Assembly: GCA_964635995.1 (NCBI GenBank)
Contig: CAZWRA010000002.1
Coordinates: forward strand, 1 to 55,939
Source of the DNA: an uncultured Candidatus Saccharibacteria bacterium
GTDB taxonomy: Bacteria > Patescibacteriota > Dojkabacteria > J137
Reading direction: 5' to 3'
Length of the DNA stretch: 55,939 nucleotides
Shown piece by piece: positions 19,690 to 27,948 of the stretch. Position numbers and translations under genes: made by a program. Under the pieces are notes generated by a model. That model worked only from the letters and a program-made list of their open reading frames with translations. It made no database searches and had not been told where the DNA came from. Each line of letters starts with the position of its first letter. The first letter of the stretch is position 1.

Positions 19690-20751
19690 ATGAGTGACGC
19701 AGAGTTTAATCATCTTATTGATGATGAATCCCTAGAATCAGTCGAGAGTACTTCTCCGGCTTTAGTTAATATTTACCGCTCTCTTGAGTCTATAAACTCC
19801 TTAGTTAATGAGTATTTGGACAACGACAGTATTGCATTAGTTGAAGGTCTTTTAATATCTGAAGATGAATTAGGAAATACTTTCTATATTATCCCTAGCA
19901 GTTTTAAAGGACCTTTTCCTACAATAATTAGTGAGAAACTAAGTGAAATGGAAGACTCATTAAAATTATTGGAGGATTCTGAAAATTCTGAGCAAATAAA
20001 ATCAATAAGAAAAGGATTAAGTAATGTAAGGTTTATCTATAAACAAGTATCAAGGCTTAATGATATATTAGTTTCACTTTCTAACCTTTTACCAGGTCAA
20101 GATAATTTAGGAATACTGACTGATTTCGTTCCAGTTTATAATCGACCGCGAATAGTTGACTATTTAATTATGGCAGATAAAGTTTGTAGAAAACTACAAG
20201 CAAATGGATTTGTAGGAATAGCTAATAGGGCTTGGGATAAAATGGATCGGGTAATAAGACTTTTAAGTGAGAAAAACGAAGATGAGATTGATGGTTTAAA
20301 TTGGGAAGAGTATGTACTGATTTCTACAGAAATTATGGTTGAGAGTCTTGAAGATAGAGATGATTTAATAAGACTTAAATTAAGCGAGGTTAGTAAGATT
20401 ATTGAAAGACTTGATGTTTGTAGATTATTTGTAAATGAGAATGAAATACTTGACTGGACTATCAGGCATAACCTGATGCTTAATTCCCTAGCAAGATCTC
20501 TAGGTAAGAGACTGGCTCATTTAAGAAATAGAATTTCTGAAATTGAAAATAAAGAAACAATTATCGATGAAAATGATGAATTTAAATTAAGAAACTTACA
20601 GGATAAGTTAAATGAAGTTATAAATGTAAGAAGTCATATGTTGACTACTCAATTAATAATTCCTACTGATTTAGAAATGGGACGGAAAATAGTGACCAAT
20701 TTCATAGAATGGATAAGTCAACAAGGACTAAGAAATTTTAGAGAGCGTTAG
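19690..20751 (+). CDS. hypothetical protein (353 aa)
   Basis: Long ORF, predicted mostly helical and acidic. No recognisable motif. Confidence 0.5.
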   Translation: MSDAEFNHLIDDESLESVESTSPALVNIYRSLESINSLVNEYLDNDSIALVEGLLISEDELGNTFYIIPSSFKGPFPTIISEKLSEMEDSLKLLEDSENSEQIKSIRKGLSNVRFIYKQVSRLNDILVSLSNLLPGQDNLGILTDFVPVYNRPRIVDYLIMADKVCRKLQANGFVGIANRAWDKMDRVIRLLSEKNEDEIDGLNWEEYVLISTEIMVESLEDRDDLIRLKLSEVSKIIERLDVCRLFVNENEILDWTIRHNLMLNSLARSLGKRLAHLRNRISEIENKETIIDENDEFKLRNLQDKLNEVINVRSHMLTTQLIIPTDLEMGRKIVTNFIEWISQQGLRNFRER

Positions 20752-20765
20752 ATGCTTATGAGATT

Positions 20766-20990
20766 TTGTCTGGAATTATTGAGAGTGGAAATTACCAATT
20801 TATTAGAAATGCTAGAGATATACGAAATGAAACAATAAAAGCTATTAACGACAAGTTAGACCATTTAAGAAATAAATATTCAAGACGAAGAAAAGATTCT
20901 AAAGGAACAAATATACTCTATGAAATAGAAGATCTTTATGATTGTTTAGAAAACTTTAATATGACTGTTGATTACAGTCAAGAGATCTAG
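20766..20990 (+). CDS. hypothetical small protein (74 aa)
   Basis: ORF track, TTG start. No motif. Confidence 0.35.
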   Translation: MSGIIESGNYQFIRNARDIRNETIKAINDKLDHLRNKYSRRRKDSKGTNILYEIEDLYDCLENFNMTVDYSQEI

Positions 20991-21020
20991 GTTTTTCATT
21001 GGATTATGATACTATAATTA

Positions 21021-21899
21021 ATGCGAAATTTTCATTTTTTTAAAGCAAATAGTAGATTAGGATTAGTTAATATTCCTTTCGGTTCGGATAAAAATGAAAA
21101 AAATGTTGGTGTTGAACTTGCAGGAGATTCAATATTATCTAGTGATTTTTTAATTTACTTTCCTAGTCCTAAGATTAGTAGTTTTAATTTTACAGCTCCT
21201 GAGAATCTTGAAGAAGACCATCTTAAACAAATTGCAAGAGAATATAGGCAGTTTTCTGAATACATAAATACGAATTTAGATAAAGAATTTATCCAAGTTG
21301 TAATAGGAGGAGATCACAGTGTTTCTTTCTCTTCTCTACTAGCTCTTTCAAAAATAAGAAATTTAGAAAATGTATTACATATTCAGATTGATTCGCATAC
21401 TGACATTCATCTTGAGTCTACCAGTCCTTCAGGAAATTTTCATGGGATGTGGTTAAGACCTTATATCACGAGTTTTGATAATGCAAATACAGAATCATTA
21501 ATTAGTTCAAGACTAAGGCCAGAAAACATTAAATTCATAGGTAATATAATTTTTGAACAAGAAGAACAAAGAATAGTGCTTGAGAAAGGTATTCAGATAA
21601 TTAGCCAAGCTTCTATTGCTTCTCAAATGGATGATTTACTGGAATTAATAGAAAATTGTGAACATCTTCATCTGTCTATAGATATTGATGCATTTCATAA
21701 AAGTATTGCTCCTGCGACAGGAATCCCAGCAGAAAGAGGGCTTTATCTTGAAGAAATTATTGAAATAATTAAGACGGCCTCAATTAAACAGAATATTTCG
21801 ATTGATCTAGTCGAGGTAAATCCAAAAAGAGCTGGATCAGAGCAGACAATTGCTTTAGCACAGAAAATACTTGCTAGACTTGCAGGGTTAGAAGTTTAG
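21021..21899 (+). CDS. arginase/agmatinase/formiminoglutamase-family ureohydrolase
   Basis: The metal-binding motifs of the arginase fold are present: GGDHS, IDSHTDIH and SIDIDAF. Confidence 0.75.
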   Translation: MRNFHFFKANSRLGLVNIPFGSDKNEKNVGVELAGDSILSSDFLIYFPSPKISSFNFTAPENLEEDHLKQIAREYRQFSEYINTNLDKEFIQVVIGGDHSVSFSSLLALSKIRNLENVLHIQIDSHTDIHLESTSPSGNFHGMWLRPYITSFDNANTESLISSRLRPENIKFIGNIIFEQEEQRIVLEKGIQIISQASIASQMDDLLELIENCEHLHLSIDIDAFHKSIAPATGIPAERGLYLEEIIEIIKTASIKQNISIDLVEVNPKRAGSEQTIALAQKILARLAGLEV

Positions 21900-21942
21900 C
21901 CTTCTGGAATTTAATGTATTATTGTATAATTCAGGTACGTTT

Positions 21943-22033
21943 GGAGAGGTACCCAAGTGGTTGAAGGGGCGGGTTTGCTAAACCCGTAGTAGGATTTATC
22001 CTAGCGAGGGTTCGAATCCCTTCCTCTCCGCCA
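21943..22033 (+). tRNA. tRNA-Ser (anticodon GCU), class II with long variable arm, CCA encoded
   Basis: Acceptor GGAGAGG/CCTCTCC. Anticodon stem CGGGT/ACCCG with loop TTGCTAA. Long variable arm. T-loop TTCGAAT. A TGTATAAT extended -10 lies at 21923-21930. Confidence 0.9.
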
Positions 22034-23473
22034 GTCAGAACGGCTGGTATTTTTAGCCATGATATCAAACGGAGGAATCCAGTCCCAGCTTAGCTTTTCG
22101 TCTTTTAAAATAAAGTTCGAGCCAACAGAATGTAGTGTTGCTTTTCTATCCGCATCAGTTCCTTTGCTGAATACTAAATGTGCGGTATAACAAGTGATTG
22201 CGAGGTTCTTCTGCTGTTCGAGCCATTGTTTTCCAACACTTTCAATTTCTTCAAGATTATCTTCAATATTTGACATCTCGACATCAATTTCATTTTTCAT
22301 ATCTTCAAAATCAACTTCATCAATTTTTCCATCTACAAATTTTTCAAGTAGACTCTTTCTCTTTTTTGCAATCTTTCTTTGTTCAGACTGCCAGAATTCT
22401 ATACTAGAAAGATGTGTATCGTGATCTTCTTTCTGTCCAAGTTTTAATGCATCAAGCATAAGTGAAAATATCTCATCATCTATGGCAATTTGATTTAGTA
22501 CCTCTGCTATTTGCTCTTCAAGTTTATCGCTTCGCATATACTTCTTTTGAGAACATTCACCTCTTTTCTTTGCGCATCTGTAATAGGTAAAACCTTTTTG
22601 TAGTTCTGCCGTTATTGAACAACCGCACTCACAACAGGTCATCATCCCAGTGAATAGGAAGTATTTCTTTTCTTTTTTGAAGTGTTCAGGCTTACCTCTT
22701 TGTTTAAGTACCTTTTGAACTTGTAAGAATGTTCCAGTGTTTATCATTTTTTTGTGAACTCCTTTATATCTTTTGCCACTATATAACATAATTCCCATAT
22801 AGAAAGGATTTGTAAGGATTCTCTGAACTGAGCTTTTTGATAATGGTTTACCAGTCTTTCCTTTCAATCCACAATTATATGATAACTGAGCTAGATCTTT
22901 AAGTGAATATTGTCCCTGTGCAAATTCATGGAACATTTTCTGTATTACTGGGAATAGTAAGCTATCGGGGAGTATTGTCTTATCAGCTTTATCATTTGTG
23001 TAGCCGATAGGTGCGACAGTCGGCCATACTCCTTTTCTAAGTTTTTCTCGTTGACCTCTACGAACGTTTTGACTTAGATTATCTATATAGTATTTAGATT
23101 GTCCAAATGCAAGAGAAAGCGTGAATTTACCTTGTGGACTGTTATCAACCCAATATGTAGGGAATTTCAGATCTTTTATAAGACCTTGATCCATCATGTA
23201 AATAACCTTTCCACCATCTACTGAGTTTCTTGCGAGCCTATCTGGATGCCAAGCAACTATTCCTTCTGCTTTTCCTTGCTCAAGATCTATAAGCATTTGA
23301 TTAAATATTTCCCTTCCGGGCATTTTTGCTGTTTTTGATTTTTCGTAAACCTTTACTATTTCAATACCTTCTTTCTTTGCATATTCCTCAAGCTCAGTGA
23401 TTTGAGCTTGTATAGACTGTACTTGTCTATTGTCTTCATCTGTTGATTTTCTACAATATGTAAAATACTTAAT
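22001..23473 (-). CDS. large serine recombinase (resolvase + recombinase + zinc-ribbon/coiled-coil domains), element 1 integrase
   Basis: The ORF-track protein has recombinase-domain motifs and the Cys cluster CCECGCS...YYRC. The frame stays open upstream of Met 23323 and encodes the catalytic segment KYFTYCRKSTDEDNRQVQSIQAQ. No ATG, GTG or TTG precedes it, and the nearest candidate start is ATT at 23471-23473. The last 11 codons are antisense to tRNA-Ser. Confidence 0.8.
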   Translation of the reverse strand: MKYFTYCRKSTDEDNRQVQSIQAQITELEEYAKKEGIEIVKVYEKSKTAKMPGREIFNQMLIDLEQGKAEGIVAWHPDRLARNSVDGGKVIYMMDQGLIKDLKFPTYWVDNSPQGKFTLSLAFGQSKYYIDNLSQNVRRGQREKLRKGVWPTVAPIGYTNDKADKTILPDSLLFPVIQKMFHEFAQGQYSLKDLAQLSYNCGLKGKTGKPLSKSSVQRILTNPFYMGIMLYSGKRYKGVHKKMINTGTFLQVQKVLKQRGKPEHFKKEKKYFLFTGMMTCCECGCSITAELQKGFTYYRCAKKRGECSQKKYMRSDKLEEQIAEVLNQIAIDDEIFSLMLDALKLGQKEDHDTHLSSIEFWQSEQRKIAKKRKSLLEKFVDGKIDEVDFEDMKNEIDVEMSNIEDNLEEIESVGKQWLEQQKNLAITCYTAHLVFSKGTDADRKATLHSVGSNFILKDEKLSWDWIPPFDIMAKNTSRSDWRRGRDSNPR

Positions 23474-23580
23474 ATTTAATAGTTTTCTACGGTTATTTTT
23501 CTAATTACTTTCCCTACAACCCTAAAGCTAGGATCATCTACTTTTATTGGTTTAAAGTCTTCATTTTCAGGGTAGAATAA

Positions 23581-24231
23581 GCTCAGATAAGTAGGTGGAT
23601 TGATTTGCTCCAACTTCCCTTCTCTAGATGCACTAAACAATATATTGATAAAGCTAGAAAGAAGATTGATTCTATTGAAAAGTTAAAGGAATACGTGCCT
23701 GAATTAGATGTAATACTATATGCAACTGAAAGACCTGTACTTACTGATTCTAATTCTAAAGATCTTTTCTCCGGTAAAAAGAATTTCTGTACAGTTAAAA
23801 ATATTGTTTGTGTTACTCGGAATACCAAGGAGATAGTATATTCATCAGAAACATTCCAAGGTGCAAGACATGATAAATTCAGGTTTGATCAGATTAAAGA
23901 TGATTTATCAAGGTTATGGAATTTGCTATTAGACTTAGGATTCATTAGAGTTGACAAAGAAATTAGTAACAAATGTTTTTTACCATACAAATCATTACCA
24001 AAGCAAGAGCTTTCAGAGTATGAGATACAGCAAAACAAAGTACTATCATCACAAAGATGTAGAGGGGAACATGTCTTTGCACAGATGAAACAATTCAAAA
24101 TACTTTCGGATGAATTCAGAGGATCCTCACGGCTGTGTAATGAATCCTTTCAAGCAATCGCAGGGGTTTACAATTTCAGAAGACAATCAAGGAAAAGAAA
24201 TATCCAAGATAGTAAAAAGATGAATGGCTAA
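23581..24231 (+). pseudogene. DDE_Tnp_4 (IS5/Harbinger-like) transposase remnant, N-terminally truncated
   Basis: LLDLGF (second Asp) and SSQRCRGEHVFAQMKQFKIL (RxxVE motif) are present. The first catalytic DxTE reads YATE and the HTH region is missing. Confidence 0.6.
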
Positions 24232-24305
24232 CGCCTTTCATCTTTTTATTTCGCATAAAGCTCTCAGAAGAGTTTCTATTCACATTTCAAACTCGAGCTT
24301 AGTAA

Positions 24306-24461
24306 TGTCACAGATTTGAGCAACTTAGAGAGCTAGTAGAGTCAATATACACTCAAATCTACTATAACAACAATGAGCAGATCCATACTAAACTGAAGAT
24401 GTCACCAGTCGAGTTTAGAAAAGGACAAATTATCTTAATTGTCGGGGACTTGCCAATATAA
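24306..24461 (+). pseudogene. C-terminal fragment (~50 codons) of an IS3-family (rve) transposase
   Basis: Translates to RFEQLRELVESIYTQIYYNNNEQIHTKLKMSPVEFRKGQ, the conserved IS3 OrfB tail (YYNxxRxHxxLxxxSPxEFR). No upstream body is present. Confidence 0.6.
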
Positions 24462-24472
24462 TAAATAAAATG

Positions 24473-24823
24473 TCATTTTTTTGTTGTCTTCACAGTCCTA
24501 TCAACAAAATCAACAGCTTCATGGATAAGGGGCATTCGTCGCTCAAGGTCAGCTAAAGAATCTAGGTGTAAAAAAACCCAGCTTTTGCCCATCCGTCTGT
24601 TACCAAATGGCCCTTCAGCATGAGCATTTTTATCTGCTGTAATAAGATCCTCAGCTTTCTTTGGGTCTAACTTAATAAATAAATTATCATTATAGTGACA
24701 GATAGCTAACTTGCCTGAGACATAATAACCCGGGCAACCAAACATTAGCCCAGGCTCTATCCTTTTGTCGCTAAGCAATTTTTCATCTAAATAATCTTTA
24801 AATTCAGGTAAATAATTTTTCAT
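24473..24823 (-). CDS. TfoX N-terminal-domain family protein (116 aa)
   Basis: MFGCPGYYVSGKLAICHYNDNLFIKLDPKKAEDL and GNRRMGKSWVFL resemble single-domain TfoX_N proteins. Confidence 0.5.
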   Translation of the reverse strand: MKNYLPEFKDYLDEKLLSDKRIEPGLMFGCPGYYVSGKLAICHYNDNLFIKLDPKKAEDLITADKNAHAEGPFGNRRMGKSWVFLHLDSLADLERRMPLIHEAVDFVDRTVKTTKK

Positions 24824-25002
24824 AATCTAATTTATAATATCACTAATGTTATTAAATACAAATTAATGCCTGTTATAAGCTGAATTAATAATGGTTATTT
24901 TAGCAATTTGATGGTTTATGTCTAAAGATATTTGGGGTATGTGTATTTTAATCAAAGAATTTTGTATGAGAAAAGTTCGAGCGACGTTCCATGCTCCCCG
25001 TT

Positions 25003-25023
25003 CTACTTCGCTAAAGCTACGTA
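25003..25023. repeat. left arm of a 21-bp inverted repeat flanking the GIY-YIG gene
   Basis: ctacttcgctaaagctacgta matches the reverse complement of 25302-25322 at 20/21 positions. Confidence 0.7.
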
Positions 25024-25058
25024 AAACTCTATAACTAAAAATCACCTTTGTAAGTAAA

Positions 25059-25322
25059 ATGTATTTTGTCTATATACTTGTATCAAAAAAGAAACTTGCA
25101 TGATCTTATGTTGGAATGACACGTAATTTAAACATAAGGATTAATGAACACAAAGCGGGCAAGTCTAAGTACACGTCAGCTTACTTACCAGTTGATATTC
25201 ACTCATACATCGCTGTTGCTACAAAAGAACATGCTAGGAAACTCGAGCAATATTTTAAAACTGGTTCAGGCATAGCATTTATGAAAAAAAGAATTTTAAA
25301 CTACGAAGCTTTAGCGAAGTAG
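25059..25322 (+). pseudogene. GIY-YIG (YhbQ/URI-like) nuclease-family protein with in-frame TGA
   Basis: ATG 25059 gives MYFVYILVSKKKLA, then TGA at 25101-25103, then SYVGMTRNLNIRINEHKAGKS in the same frame. This is the GIY...YIG...R...H pattern. Confidence 0.7.
25302..25322. repeat. right arm of the 21-bp inverted repeat (overlaps the GIY-YIG stop)
   Basis: tacgaagctttagcgaagtag. See the left arm at 25003-25023. Confidence 0.7.
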
Positions 25323-25442
25323 TTCTCTTCCTCTCAGCCAGACAATACGATCTGGCGTGTTTACATCCATTACCGTTTCTGACCAAGGCTTTCTAAAGTT
25401 CCAACGTACTATTTTTTTATCAAGAATTAGCTTCTTACCAGA
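25311..25442 (-). pseudogene. C-terminal relic of a second (older) large serine recombinase
   Basis: The minus strand reads SGKKLILDKKIVRWNFRKPWSETVMDVNTPDRIVWLRGRELLR*. This parallels the LSR-1 tail NFILKDEKLSWDWIPPFDIMAKNTSRSDWRRGRD, including W-x-RGR-[DE] encoded antisense to the tRNA fragment. Confidence 0.45.
25325..25343 (+). other. displaced partial copy of the tRNA-Ser 3' terminus (att-like scar)
   Basis: cttcctctcagccag (25327-25341) matches tRNA-Ser cttcctctccgccag (22020-22034) at 14/15 positions. Confidence 0.6.
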
Positions 25443-25574
25443 AGCTTGACCTCGTATTTTTATGGACTGTTTTAAGTAAATAGCAATAAGTTTAAAATTT
25501 TGTATTGCAACACAAAGACAAAAGAGAATATATAATGTTATTCTCTAATCAGAATATCTAAAACTCTTATCTAA

Positions 25575-26840
25575 ATGAATAAATTCAAGATCTTCTCGAC
25601 TTTTATGGCTGTCGCCATTTTCTTTAATTCTTTTCTTCCTATCGCTTTATCTAAGATATCAGCGGATACATTAATAGAATCAGTTGATATTGAACTCACA
25701 ACGAATGTAACAAAAAATCCTTTATTAGGAAATAGCGGTAATGTTGAACTCACGTTAACTAATACAAGTAGTGTAAGGATATATCACGTTGGATTTAACT
25801 TAGATCTTCCTGAAGAAGTGACTTTTAATAGCTCTTTACCAATTATTAATAATAGTGAAGCAAATATTTTTAATCCAACTCAAAGTAATTCTAATGAAGT
25901 TAAATGGGAAAATATTACTGATCTTCTACCAAACGAATCTGTAAAAATTCATTTTGCTCTGAATTTTGAAGGTGAACCGACATACTATATTAATGATCAT
26001 GTAATCTTTATAGCTTCAGCTAATGCATCATACTCACCAATTTTTGTAGGACAAATGGTGGAAGAAAAAACATTTAGAACTGTTATTAGGGGAGCTGAAG
26101 TTTCAACTAATACAGATGATTATATAAAAGAAGCTTTAGTTGGCGAAGAATTAACAAGAGAAATTGAAATTAAAAATAATCCAGAAAAAGGAACTATTGA
26201 AGGAGAGGGGGTAACTATTACAGAAACACTTGAAGATGGAATTAAGTACGAGTGGGAAAGTGAGTAGTTAATTAATGATATTGATGAGGAAGGTTATGAC
26301 TATGAGTTTAGAGCAGAGGAACAAGCGGATGGCCAAACACTTTTAGAATGGATAATAGATTCATTAAAAAAAGAGAATTATGAGAATCCTATTAATATTG
26401 AATACAACATTAAGGTGCCCTACAAAAAAGATACAGGAGTGGTCGTTAAAGAAAATGAAGAGATAAATATAGAAAGTCAAGTTGAAGCATATTACAGAAC
26501 TAGAGAAAGTGATTCAGAGTTAATTGATCTTACTAATACAGATACATTTAGATCTAAGTACATTCAAGCTAATAAATCTAGGGATAAGAATGTTGTAAAT
26601 CCAGGTGATTTAATTAACTATAAGATAAACCTTAAAGCTTCAGAATATTATGGTTATCAAAATTTAGTAATTACAGATGTTCTGCCGAATGGATTATCAT
26701 TTCAAGACTCAGAGACTCCTACTGAGTTAATAACAGAAAACATAGATGGAACAACTACTATTATTTGGAAACTATCAAATTTAGAACCTCAGGATAATTT
26801 TTCAATAAACTACTCTACTAAACTGTACCCATTTGTCTAG
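25575..26840 (+). pseudogene. secreted DUF11 / conserved-repeat-domain surface protein, interrupted by one in-frame TAG and truncated at the 3' end
   Basis: Has a signal-like N-terminus. The 25575-26264 and 26268-26840 parts are in the same frame, separated only by TAG at 26265-26267. Repeat-like segments (VNPGDLINYKINL, VITDVLPNGLSF) fit DUF11. The final codons lie inside the palindrome. Confidence 0.6.
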
Positions 26841-26858
26841 ACAAATGGGTACAGTTTA
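26819..26858. repeat. 40-bp perfect palindrome with no spacer
   Basis: taaactgtacccatttgtc|tagacaaatgggtacagttta is its own reverse complement. It sits exactly between two truncated genes. Confidence 0.9.
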
Positions 26859-26859
26859 A

Positions 26860-27444
26860 GCAATTTTAGGTAAATCTGGATCTGGAAAGTCTACCCTACT
26901 TAATATTGTTGGCTTACTAGATAGATATACATCTGGCAAATATTATATAGAAGGCAAAGATGTTGAAGAATACAAAGGTGATGAATTGGCTAAATTCAGG
27001 GCATTAACTTTTGGTTTTATCTTTCAACAATTTAATCTTCTTCCTAAACTAAGTGTTATAGAAAATGTAACAATGCCTGTTGCATATTCAAGAGACAAAA
27101 TAAAAATAAAAAATAAACATCAAAAGACATTAGAATTATTAGAGCTTCTTGAAATACTTGATCAGGCTCAGAAACCTCCAAGACTTCTTTCAGGTGGTCA
27201 ACAACAAAGAGTTGCTATAGCTAGAAGCTTAATGAATGATCCTAGAGTAATTATTGGTGATGAACCTACCGGATCCCTAGATAGTAAGACTGCAAATCAG
27301 ATTCTTGATCTTATATTCGATTTAAATAAAAGACTAAAGGTAACTTTAATATTAGTAACACACGATGAGGATCTTGCATATAAGTGTAAAAGGATTGTTA
27401 AGCTTAAAGATGGCAAGATTGATAACGACTTTAAAGTTAAATAG
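26860..27444 (+). pseudogene. ABC transporter ATP-binding protein (LolD/MacB-type), 5'-truncated
   Basis: The frame opens right after the palindrome as AILGKSGSGKSTLLNIVGLL (Walker A). The Q-loop, signature LSGGQQQRVAIARSL and Walker B VIIGDEPTGSLD are all present. About 35 N-terminal residues and the start codon are missing. Confidence 0.8.
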
Positions 27445-27611
27445 TTTTTTTGTATTACAATACAATGCAACAAATATTTTCCTAATGCTATAAATTAACT
27501 AGTAAGCTGATTGTGGGAATAAGCTTACGGTGTAGCGTTTGGTCCGGTGTTTAACATCGGACCGACATTAAAATCATATTTATGATAACATGAGAAACAC
27601 TCTCTTTTTGC

Positions 27612-27884
27612 ATGGGAAGGAAAATATTTGTTGCAAAAAAAGATATTGAGAACTTTAATCTTACAGCATGTAGAGAAAATATTGTAAGACAATATTGGAT
27701 AAATATAATAAAGCATATGCCTTCTGACTTAAGAAATGAAGTTCGTGTGAAGAGAACAGATTTAGTTAAAGAAAGAATAAGTACTATTAACGAAAATTTA
27801 GTAGAAGTTTATACTTTTGTTACTAGTAATGCTTCTATAAAGCTTCTAAATTATCTTCAAAGATACCAAGTTCTCGCAAATTAG
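27612..27884 (+). CDS. hypothetical small protein (90 aa)
   Basis: ORF track only, with no motif. Overlaps an antisense ORF of similar quality. Confidence 0.25.
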   Translation: MGRKIFVAKKDIENFNLTACRENIVRQYWINIIKHMPSDLRNEVRVKRTDLVKERISTINENLVEVYTFVTSNASIKLLNYLQRYQVLAN

Positions 27885-27948
27885 CGACAGAATCAACCTC
27901 ATCAGAATAAATAGGGTATAATCATATGTATTTATTTTGATTTTAAAG

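Larger units (their letters stand above)
22034..25343. mobile_element. integrated element 1 at the 3' end of tRNA-Ser (LSR integrase plus degraded cargo)
   Basis: The left edge is the tRNA-Ser 3' end overlapped by the LSR. The right edge is a 14/15 copy of the tRNA-Ser 3' terminus at 25327-25341. Confidence 0.5.
25344..27900. mobile_element. older, decayed integrated element or accessory remnant distal to element 1
   Basis: It begins with the recombinase relic next to the displaced tRNA fragment. It contains only broken genes. Housekeeping genes resume at 27949. The right boundary is not defined. Confidence 0.35.

Noticed and set aside
27541-27563. 9-bp G+C-rich hairpin (ggtccggtg / catcggacc) as a terminator, att site or ncRNA
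   Set aside because: There is no flanking T run on either strand, no tRNA-like or known ncRNA features, and no repeat of it elsewhere in the window.
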